DNA of 64,000 nt. Origin: Saprolegnia diclina VS20. Lineage: Eukaryota. Positions 12,719 to 22,600 of this stretch are shown piece by piece. The position numbers and the translations under genes are program-made. Below the pieces are notes generated by a model. It was not told the origin of the DNA and did not search any database. It worked only from the letters and a program-made list of their open reading frames with translations. The DNA lies in the NCBI RefSeq assembly GCF_000281045.1, contig NW_008246082.1, forward strand, positions 542,448 through 606,447, read 5' to 3'. Positions within the stretch are counted from its first letter, which is position 1; each line of letters opens with the position of its first letter.

Positions 12719-14287
12719 ATGGTGCGGTACTTGGCCAACGTCGGCCGGATCGCCCGCGCCACTGCGCTGCCCAAGGTCGTCCTCATTGGTACAAAGGAGA
12801 CAAACAGCTTGGACCTTGGCTCAAAGATCCTCGCGCAGCTCAAGCGCGAGGCTCGCCCGTTGGACCCGCTGGCGCGCCGGCTCTTGGCGCACACGATCGA
12901 CGAGCTTCGCCCGACCGCAGACGTGCCAGTCTCGGCGCACGTCTACCTGCCGCTCGGCGACGACGACGGCATTGTAAGCTGCACGGTCGCCACGCTGCCG
13001 ACAGCGATCTCACGCCACAATGCCTTTGCCCGCCCGCACGCCATTTCGAGCATCGTCAAAGCCCACATGGCCGACGCGGGGCGGACGCTCGTGGGCGTGG
13101 ACCTCCCGTCGCACGCAACGTTGCAGCCGTGGAAGACAGCCGGCTTTGCCGTCGCGCGCGCGATCCCAACGTACAAGCACACGTCGACGACGCGCGCCGG
13201 CGTCATCACGGACGGCGTCGCAACTTCGATTCCTGCCGACGACGTCGACGTGGTCTTTAGCCACGACCTCTCGGCCAATGAGGTGGCCTTTCTGAACGCG
13301 ACCGCCGACGGCATCCACCTCGCGCAGCGTCTCGTCGACGCGCCGCCCAATGAGCTCACGACTGAGACGTTTGTCGAAGAAGCCCGCGCGGTCGCAACTC
13401 GCATTGGCGCCGAGTTTACGCTCATCCAAGGCACTGAGCTGCGCGACCGCGGCTTTGGTGGGCTCTACAACGTCGGGAAGGCGTCTTTGCACCCGCCAGC
13501 GCTCGCGGTGCTGAGCTACTACCCGAATGACGCCTCCCGCACGGAACGCAGCATTGCGCTCGTGGGCAAAGGCCTCGTGTACGACACGGGCGGCCTCGAC
13601 CTCAAGGTCGGCGGGCACATGGCGGGCATGAAGGCCGACATGGGCGGCGCGGCCGGGCTCCTCGGGGCCTTTGACGCCGCTGTGCGCTCGGGCAACGTGC
13701 GTACCCGACCACTGCACTGCATCCTCTGCATCGCCGAGAACGCGGTCGGCCCGAACGCGACCCGGCCGGACGAAGTACATACGTTCTACTCGGGCAAGAC
13801 GGTCGAGGTCAACGACACGGACGCCGAAGGCCGCTTGGTGCTCGCGGACGGCGTCGCGTACGCGGTCAAGCACCTCCACCCGGCGCTGTTGCTGGACATG
13901 GCGACGCTCACGGGTGCCCAAGGCATTGCAACAGGGTCCCACATGGGCGCGCTGTACACCAACACGGACGACCTCGAGGCGATGGCGGTCGCGGCCGGCA
14001 AGGCGTCCGGCGACTTGGTCCACCCTGTGCCGTACGTCCCCGAGTTTTTCCGCCCCGAGTACAAGAGCCACGTGGCCGACATGAAGAATTATATGAGCAA
14101 CCCGCGCAACGCCGGTGTCTCGTGCGGCGGCCAGTTCATCGCAAACCACATGACCGACTATCTCGACGGCGACGGCCAGTGGATGCACATTGACATGGCG
14201 TCGCCCGTTGAGCACAGCGACAAGCGCGCAACGGGCTACGGCGTCGGCTTTGTCCAGTCGCTTCTCGAGCAGCTTCACAAGCTGTAG
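12719..14287 (+). CDS. M17 leucyl aminopeptidase (NPEPL1-like), copy 2, 522 aa
   Basis: VGKGLVYDTGGLDLK, MKADMGG and DTDAEGRL motifs. Clear paralogue of 9206-10774. Confidence 0.93.
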   Translation: MVRYLANVGRIARATALPKVVLIGTKETNSLDLGSKILAQLKREARPLDPLARRLLAHTIDELRPTADVPVSAHVYLPLGDDDGIVSCTVATLPTAISRHNAFARPHAISSIVKAHMADAGRTLVGVDLPSHATLQPWKTAGFAVARAIPTYKHTSTTRAGVITDGVATSIPADDVDVVFSHDLSANEVAFLNATADGIHLAQRLVDAPPNELTTETFVEEARAVATRIGAEFTLIQGTELRDRGFGGLYNVGKASLHPPALAVLSYYPNDASRTERSIALVGKGLVYDTGGLDLKVGGHMAGMKADMGGAAGLLGAFDAAVRSGNVRTRPLHCILCIAENAVGPNATRPDEVHTFYSGKTVEVNDTDAEGRLVLADGVAYAVKHLHPALLLDMATLTGAQGIATGSHMGALYTNTDDLEAMAVAAGKASGDLVHPVPYVPEFFRPEYKSHVADMKNYMSNPRNAGVSCGGQFIANHMTDYLDGDGQWMHIDMASPVEHSDKRATGYGVGFVQSLLEQLHKL

Positions 14288-14867
14288 GTAGCACCAACAA
14301 TTACGGACTCAAGTGAGCGCCATGAAGCCTAAAAAGTTACTTTTCCCGAATGTCATGTGTCTTGTGAACCGCACCAAACCTCTGGCACAACTGCTGCCAG
14401 CAGCCTTTGGCTACCACTCAGACCTAGGCCGTCGGTATATCCTAGACGATGGCGATGCCAAGTAGTGTCCCAGAGCCACACGCGGGTCGTTCGCGGACGA
14501 GCTACAGTACACGCTTGGTGGCAATGTTCTTGATCGCAGACAGAGAAGTTCGGAGTTCACAAACGACACGAGTCAACAACGTGCCCTCTCGATCGAAGAC
14601 GACGCCGCAGAGGACATTCCTTTTCGAACATACTATAGCAGCAGCGACACGTCGTCTTCGACTTCGAAGCTCTAAGCTTGGTCCAAAAGCTTGAAGATCG
14701 GCTTCACTTACATGCTGTATGCAAGGGTGTGTCGAGCCGCTCGCTCTTGTTCGAAAGAGTCTTCTTGATGTTCGCAACTTGGTTGATTTGTGATCTACGC
14801 AAGAGACTGTTGTCGAAGGATACACAACTTTGAATGGGATTGTAGACACCACGCAGCGTGTGCTCAA

Positions 14868-14888
14868 GCCTCACATTTCCATTTCCTC
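14868..14888 (+). promoter_or_regulatory. Candidate oomycete Inr/FPR core promoter
   Basis: TCACATTTCCATTTCC about 30 bp upstream of the ATG at 14908 resembles the oomycete YCAYTYY + MWTTTNC element. Confidence 0.4.
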
Positions 14889-14907
14889 GACGAGAACGAC
14901 TCGACCC

Positions 14908-15234
14908 ATGCGCACCAGTGTCCTTCTTGCGCTTTGCCTCGCAGTCAACAGCGCGACAGTCGACGAGCTGCCGACGTCGACCGTGTGCACGTCGATCGAG
15001 CGCGGCGTCGACTATACGTACAACGACATCAAGTACGAATTCGTGTACGGCTCGGATCAAGAAAAGCTGGACAAATGCTGCAAGTTCTGCTCGACGCTCG
15101 ACGACTGCCGCGGTTTCATCGTCTCCGACACCAAATGTTGGCTCAAGAGCCTCATGAGCAACAAGACGCCGTCTCGCCCCGACGTACTCGCGGGCCTGTA
15201 CAGTGCGCCCAACCCAGCACTCCGCTCGTGCTAA
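14908..15234 (+). CDS. Small secreted PAN/Apple domain protein (108 aa)
   Basis: Signal peptide MRTSVLLALCLAVNSA. PAN_4-type pattern GVDY..NDI...CCKFC....CRGF.....CWLKS. Confidence 0.85.
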   Translation: MRTSVLLALCLAVNSATVDELPTSTVCTSIERGVDYTYNDIKYEFVYGSDQEKLDKCCKFCSTLDDCRGFIVSDTKCWLKSLMSNKTPSRPDVLAGLYSAPNPALRSC

Positions 15235-15566
15235 GCGTCTGCACTCCATTTTGCACTTGACTTGCACGTTTTCCTAAAGCATGATCTGAAATAAACATTC
15301 GACTTGACGCTTCTTAGTCGGTGCTTCGCTTAGCCATGTGTGTGAACCGAGTAGCGATATCGGCGGAAGCTGCTCGAGTCCTGCGATGCTGATCACGTTG
15401 TCCCTGGTGGTGGCTTCTCGAATTTGCGAATTCGGGAGATCGTAAATTCGAGCGGTGATTGGGTATAAATGGGGAGATTAGTAGCCATTTGCACCAATCC
15501 GCACTCGGTATTCCCATCACTGGATTGGCGAGGTTCATTTCCGAAGCAACCCGACGTCTTGACACG

Positions 15567-16691
15567 ATGGCGTCCTTCTTCCGTCGTTCGATGCTCCGCC
15601 CGACAGCGCTGCGCTCTGCCGCCCTCGGCCTTTCGGCCATCACCAGCGTCGCCATGTGCGAGGCCGAGGCCAAGCCTGCCAAGAAGATGGAGTTCGTCGG
15701 TGTCTTCCTCGACGCCAAGTCGCGCAAGCAGCTCGAGGAGCGCTTCGCCGCCGTCCATGCCAAGATCCCGGACCAAAGCACGGTTGTGCTCAAGTACAAC
15801 CCGACGGCCGACGAGCTCAGCACGTTTGCACCCATCATGGGCCACAACGTCAAGGTAGGCAGGCGCCCGCCGCATCTCAATTCTTATTGCTGCATGCAGA
15901 TTGAAGTCAAGGCGCTCGCCCAAGACGAACACACGCAGGCGGTATGGCAATTCTCCTCGCGCTCTTGTTCAACGGTACCAACGATCCTGTAGGCGGTGGT
16001 CGCGGTCTCGACGGAACACGGCGCCGTGCAGTACGCGGTCGAGTGCCCCCACGTGACGCTCTCGTACTCTGGCGAAGAAGGCTACTCGCAGGCGTACGCC
16101 AACGTCCTCTTTGAGCGCCTCCAGAAGACGGGCAGCTTGACGCTTGAGGAGACGGACGAGGGCATCAACGTCGGCCTTGGCGCGTTTGAAGGCGAGCTCA
16201 CGGCATTCGACTCGAAGCTCTTTCCCTTTTACAGGTACGACGACGACGACGACGATCAACGTGGTAGACGGCTTTTCTGCGTAGTCCGTTTCCGGCGACG
16301 TCGGCCAAGATGACGGTGCTGGACGAGCCGCTCGTGCTCTCGGGTGTCGTGTGCAGCTCGACCGGCTACGACGCCGAGACCGAGTCGTGCATCGCCACCG
16401 AGATCAAGAAGCCCGAGTGCGGCTTTTGCAAGTTTATGAAGGCGGGCCCGTGCGGCAAGCAGTTTACGGCCTGGGAGGCCTGCCTCGACGAGTCCAAGGC
16501 CAACGGTTCGAACCCGTTTGATCGCCGCTTTTTGCCTTATCTGAAGTCTAGGCGAAGACTTCTTGGAAAAGTGTGGTGGTGTGACCCTCCTCTTGCGCGA
16601 CTGCGTCGACGCCAACCCCGAGTACTACAGCGTGCTGAACGAGCCGCCCGAGTCGGCCGACGACGACACCGACGAGGCGTTTGATGCGTAA
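15567..16691 (+). CDS. Mitochondrial-targeted protein: 2H-phosphoesterase-like domain + GCK/Mia40-like twin CX9C domain (multi-exon)
   Basis: Arg/Ser-rich presequence MASFFRRSMLRPTALRSAALGLSAITSVAMCEA. PHVTLS motif. C-terminal CGFCKFMKAGPC-X9-C...C-X9-C..NPEYY. Short introns, e.g. 15855-15899 and 15942-15992. Stop TAA at 16689-16691. Confidence 0.8.
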
Positions 16692-16789
16692 GCCACTCCC
16701 GAGATCCCGCGAAATAGATACACATGCTCATACACACTTTCTCTTTCATTGTCATTCGCATCCTCCGACGCACGCAGCAACGCTCTCGG

Positions 16790-18740
16790 TTACTGCAACG
16801 CAAAGCCCGGTGCGCTACTCGTCATGCTCGCGCGGGCGTGGAACTGCGTGGCGACGGCGCTGCCCCGGCGGTCGGGCGTCTGCAGCACGGGCGCGTCGTC
16901 GTCACCGAGGGTCGGGCACGGATGGTCGGCGTCCGGCACCGCGGGCGTCTTGGCGTCATGGAGCTGCAAATACCGCGCGCGTGCCACGAGCCCGACCACG
17001 AGCAAGCCCAAGATAGTTGCGGCCGCAATCTCGATGATGACAGCAGCCGATACCTGCTCGTCCGACAAAGTCGGCTTGACGCTCAAGAACGAGATGGTGT
17101 TTTGGAGTCCTATCGCCGCGCCCACCGGTGTGCAGATGTGGACAGCCGGGTTGTACCCGGTCCCAAACCTGCCGCAACGAGTGAGTCACCCGGACTGTGG
17201 TGGCAGTCTCGTACCGGGGCGGCGTGTTGGCGCGGATGCGCCCGCACGCCGACGGCACAAAGGTCGACGGCAGCGAGCAGTTTGTGCACGCTGGGTCTTG
17301 CTGGCCGGTGATCGTCACGGGGTAGTACTCGTAGAGCGTGTACTTGGCCGTGCCGTCCGTGGGCGCCCAGCCGTAGCCAACGACCTACAGCACCGAGTTT
17401 GACCTTTTGTCGCGATTGGTGGTGACGCACCGTCGTCGCCATGCAGCCGACCGAGGTTGGACCAAACACGGCATTGTACTTGACCCAGTAGGCTTCGAGG
17501 AGCCCGGTCGCGGCGTCGAGCACGTACGTGGCGTCGCACTGGACGTCGCCGCACCCGGCGTCGTTGCAGTTGCGGACGCGGACGCCATAGCCGGGAAACC
17601 CCGAGTACGGCTTGGTCGAGTCAAAGTGCTCGCCAAAGTTGAGCGTATGCTGCGCGCACTCGGCGCAGGGCGACCCGGGAAGGCTCCCAGCGCCGAGCGT
17701 ATACGGCATCGTATCGATTCCCGCTGCGTTCAGACTGAACCGGTCGTAGTTGCGCTGGCACCCGACGCTGCTGGCGACACCCGGTAGTAGCGTGTAGTAC
17801 TTGGCCGGCTGGCCGCGCCAAAACCACTAGGTCCCACCGCGCATCAATACCACGTGAGCCATGGACATTGGAGCGCAGGCACCTGCGGGTGCGACGCGAG
17901 CTGCGAAATACGGCCCGGCGCCGTGTCGACGCCGACCATGGGCGCGCCATTGCCCGGCGCAATGACCTTGCACGTCGCAATCGGCTTGGGCAAGTAGCTC
18001 TTGATGAACGACGTGTTGAGGCCCGAGACGCACAGCGGCTGTGACGGCGCGTCGACGACGACGGTGCCGTTGGCACAGAAGAGACCGCCGCGCGCGGTCG
18101 CTGGCGAGCTCGGCGGGCAGAGCGACGTGAACGGAAGGCAGTCGGACGACGACCAGCCATTGGATGACGGGAGGTACGGCAGTGCGCACGCATACGGGCA
18201 GCGCATGCCACTGCCGCAGGCTTCGTCCATTGCAAAGCCCGCGTTGGCATTCGAGGCTGCGGGGCAGTTGACGTACTGCAATCGGGTGTCGAGGCCGGTG
18301 TCGAGACGACAGTATTCCTTGCTCGCCGGCGGCACGTAACATGCGGTCGTCGCATCGTTCGCACTGCAGACGCGGGGCTGCGGCGGCGCGGTCGTCGGAG
18401 CCAACGTCGTCGGCGTCGGTAGGAGCGCCGAGCCGCCCCCGGCGCTCGCTGAACCCGCACCTGATTTCTCTCTGGGCACCGCCGTGGCGCTGTTGTCATC
18501 CGTCGATGTCTCTACCGGTGTCGGTGATGCTACGGGTCGCGCAGTGTATGTGGTCATGTCGCCGCCGGCCGTGTCGGCTGCGATGGTGCTCGGCGCCGAC
18601 GATGGCCCTGCCGAGACGCTGCCGACGATCGCAGCGACGACAATGCACAAGGCCAAGAGCGTGATGAGCGCCATGAGCAGCAGCCGCTTGCGCTTGTTGG
18701 CGAGCATCGAGTGCACCGCGTCTCGGAGTGTCGTCGGCAT
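16790..18740 (-). CDS. SUN-family (Sim1/Uth1/Nca3/Sun4, GH132-like) beta-glucan-related protein with N- and C-terminal transmembrane helices; 4 exons
   Basis: Ordered motifs C...CPYAC, GGLFCANG, LC.SG, ATCKVIAPGN, WRGQPAKYY, GC and PYTLGAG follow the SUN domain order. Introns 17827-17882, 17385-17430 and a third near 17170-17215 restore one frame ending at 16790. Confidence 0.7.
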
Positions 18741-18965
18741 CGGCAGCAGTTACTCAAGTTCGTTTGAAACTATGGAAAGGCAGCAACACTGCGCCAAAAA
18801 GTATCCGACAATCCTGTCCGACATTTCACGAAACGAGTGACGCAATAGCACGCCAGTATTGAGGCGCACCGAAAAGGCTCGGGATACACCGAGACTGATG
18901 AATAAAGCAGCTAGTGTTCTCGATGACATGTGCCAAGCTTCTCTGCTAGTCGTGAGATACCGTCA

Positions 18966-19458
18966 NNNNNNNNNNNNNNNNNNNNNNNNNNNNNNNNNNN
19001 NNNNNNNNNNNNNNNNNNNNNNNNNNNNNNNNNNNNNNNNNNNNNNNNNNNNNNNNNNNNNNNNNNNNNNNNNNNNNNNNNNNNNNNNNNNNNNNNNNNN
19101 NNNNNNNNNNNNNNNNNNNNNNNNNNNNNNNNNNNNNNNNNNNNNNNNNNNNNNNNNNNNNNNNNNNNNNNNNNNNNNNNNNNNNNNNNNNNNNNNNNNN
19201 NNNNNNNNNNNNNNNNNNNNNNNNNNNNNNNNNNNNNNNNNNNNNNNNNNNNNNNNNNNNNNNNNNNNNNNNNNNNNNNNNNNNNNNNNNNNNNNNNNNN
19301 NNNNNNNNNNNNNNNNNNNNNNNNNNNNNNNNNNNNNNNNNNNNNNNNNNNNNNNNNNNNNNNNNNNNNNNNNNNNNNNNNNNNNNNNNNNNNNNNNNNN
19401 NNNNNNNNNNNNNNNNNNNNNNNNNNNNNNNNNNNNNNNNNNNNNNNNNNNNNNNNNN
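18966..19458. other. Assembly gap (N run)
   Basis: Run of N bases. Confidence 1.
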
Positions 19459-19680
19459 TCGTCTGCTACAAGCCAATCTGCAAGATGCGAGTCGAGAGGC
19501 AAACAATGCTGGATTCACTATGGTCTAAGGGCGCGCTTCAACGTAGCAAGCCCGTGCGTCCGAGTGGTGTGCGCACGAGGGCTATTGAATGATGTCAGGG
19601 TCGCTATGACTTAACAGCAAAATGTACATAATACTACAAGTAGCGCTGCATTGGGTATCCTATCTTTTATATATAAAACA

Positions 19681-22600
19681 CTAGGGCGATGCCTCAAAGA
19701 GGCTGTCCCAGCCGAGGCCCCAGTCGTCGTCGGAGCCGTCGGTCGCCAGCGGCCGCGACAGCTTTTGGCGCACAAACCGGTGGATCTGCGCCTGGAGCTC
19801 CGTGCACGGCAGGAGCATCTCCATCGTCAACGGTTCGCGGCTGAACGGGTTGACGCTTGCCGAGAGCAAGTGGCGCTCGATCATCGACCGGTCGACAATG
19901 TGGCCGGACGGCAACTGCACCGGGTGCAGCATGAGCGTATGCAAAATCGGGTCTAGGTACTCGTCTGGCACCGACCCGAGCTGCGTCTCCATCGCGGCCT
20001 GGCGCTGCAGAAGCGTCTCCGTGTAATCTACGACTTCGACAAACTTGTCGCGCCACATGTTGGTCAGCGACGGGTCGCTGCGCAACAGCACGGCCGCCCG
20101 CCGGAAGCGCACCGGCTCAAAGCGACCGTCGGCCGCCAGCGCCGCCAGGAACCGCTGTGAGAGCTGCTTCTGCGCGCGGTCGTCGTCAGCTTGCTGCCGG
20201 CGGTGGGCCGCCATGAGTTCGAGGCGCGCGAGCGCCGCGTCTTCGTCCATTGCGTCGTCACTGTCATCCGTCACATCGTCTTCGTCGTCCGACGGCATGC
20301 GCTCGAGCGCCGGCGGCGCCATCGCCTCCTTCTCGAGACGAAAGAGACACGAGCTGAGCTTCCAGCGTTGGTGCACGTCCAAGTCCCCAATCTTCTCTTC
20401 CATGAGGATGCCGGCGTAGTTCGAGAGCTTCCACGACGACGCCTCCGGGCACGTTGCGTGGTACCCCGCGCAACGCACCACAATCAGTAGCGCTTCGGCA
20501 AGGGCGAGCATGCCGTCCTGAAAGATCTCGCCCGAGAAGCCCCACCGCGTCGGGTGCAGCTGCGTCTCGAGCGACGAGACCACAAAGCAGAGCGTCGTCG
20601 CGGTTTGATCGACCAGCGACCGGCGACAGAGGACGGCGCGGAGGGCGGGCGCCGACGCCATCCACGCGAGGAGCTCGAGGCATTCGATGAGCACGCGAAA
20701 CGTCGTCCGCGCCTTGTTAAAGTGCAGTGCGAGGTAGCTCTGCATCATCGACGGTTGAAAGTACGCGCCCGTCGTCGTATGCGGCGAGTCTTGGAGCTCT
20801 TGGAGCCGGCGCATGGCCGTGACCTTGACCGAGGCTTCGTCGAGGAGCCGCGTGATGTCGTTGAGGACGCCCGAGAAGAGCAGCACCATGCTGTGCGCAT
20901 CTTGCTGCGCAATGATCCGCGGTTGCTGCACTTGGTTGTTCCAGAGCCAGCGCAGAAGGAGCGTCGTCGAGAGCCGCGCGGGCAAGAGCCCCCACGACGT
21001 GTCGCCGCCCGTGCTCGAGCTATACGTCTCCAAGTCGCTGTGACAGGAGAGGAGGCACGAGACCGCCTGCGCGCGCAGGAATGCATTCGTCGACAAGAGG
21101 TCGTACAGCAGCGGCGGCGCGCGGCTCGTGTTGTCCTTGGTCAGCGGCGCGAGCGAGAGCAGCGCGCGGATGAGCTGGACGCGGACGTGCGGCGAGTTGG
21201 TCAACGGGCGATGCGACAGCACAAAAAAGAGCAGCGTCAGCAACGGCGTCAAGATCTCGGACGTCCACGCGACGCCGTCGCACGGGTGCACGCCAAGGAT
21301 ATACGCAACGTCGGCCACGTTGCAGAGGAACGCCTCGGGCACGTCGGCGTAGGCGGCAGGCACGTCGGTCGGGCACATCGAGTCGGCGTGCAGCGGCCCG
21401 ACGCCAGCTAAGTGCAGTAGCCAGGACGAGACGCGCGCGTAAAAGCCAAAGAGAGCCTGGAGCAAGCTCGGCGCAAAGAGCTGGACCTCCATCGCCGTCT
21501 TCGTCTTCAAGAGCTCTTCGACGCGGAGGTGGTTGGCGTTCAAGTTCATGCTGTGGCTCGAGCGCGACGACCGGCGGCCGGCCGCGCCCTGCTGCCGCGA
21601 GCGCGACTCCATGTTGCAGAGCGCTTTCAGCTGCTGGTACTCGCGGTGCACCGAGACGTATCGCATCATCGAGAGGACGGGGCCGACGTGGAGCACCTTG
21701 AGCGCCATGTACCACCACTCGGTCACTTGACGGTCAGTGTCGCGGAACGCGCTGATAAAGGGCGGCGGGTACAGTGCCCCGCCAAACCGGACGCGTCGGC
21801 GGTGCCGCCAGAGCGTCGCCGGGAGTACAAAGTAGTGGTGCCCCGGGGCGTGCAGCCGGTGCGGGTTCAAGCTTGCGTCGCCAAAGAGACCGGGCGATAT
21901 CGCGAGCTGCTCCTCGACGTCGACGCAGGACGCGCACACAAACCGGTCGCACGCACCGCACTGGAAACCGCGGTCGGTGATCGTGACGGCGCAGACGTCA
22001 CACGTCATCGACGCGCACTCGTCGATGTCGGTCGTCGCGTCGCCCTCGAAAAGGTCGGCGCACTTGCGGAACGGCCACGTCGTGACTTGGGGCAAGGGCA
22101 CCGACATGCGAATGAACGCGTGGTCGGGGCTGTGCCGGAGAACATGGTTCTGCTCGTAAAAGCGCTCAAAGCAGTGGCCGCAGAGGTCGTAGTCGTCGCA
22201 GAACCCGCACTTGTACCGGACGCCGACAAAGTCCTTCGCTTGGCAGTGGTCGCACACGACGCCGAGGTTGGCTTCGTACGACGGGTAGTACGACGACGCG
22301 GCCGTAGTCGCCCGACCACACGTCGCGTCGTCCTTGGAGGTGGCGGGCGTCTTGACGAGGCGCGCCATGTCGGCCATCGAGATGCGCCCGCCAAGCGTGT
22401 AGCCGTGGTACCGCGCGTCGATCTCCGAGGGCTGGGTCTCGGCCGCAAAATGCAACGCGACGGCCGCGAGGTTGGTCAGGAACCCGTCCGAGGCGCACTC
22501 GACGGGCGAGTGCCCGAGCCGCCGACGAATGCCGTTCGACTCGATCGCGCACGTTAGCCAGCACAGCATGGCCTCGGTGACGACGCCGCCGTGCCGCAGC

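Noticed and set aside
8927..14278. Antisense ORFs of 629 aa and 422 aa over the two aminopeptidases
   Set aside because: They resemble each other only because the sense genes are paralogues.
18859..19614. ORFs spanning the N run
   Set aside because: Artefacts of translating an assembly gap.
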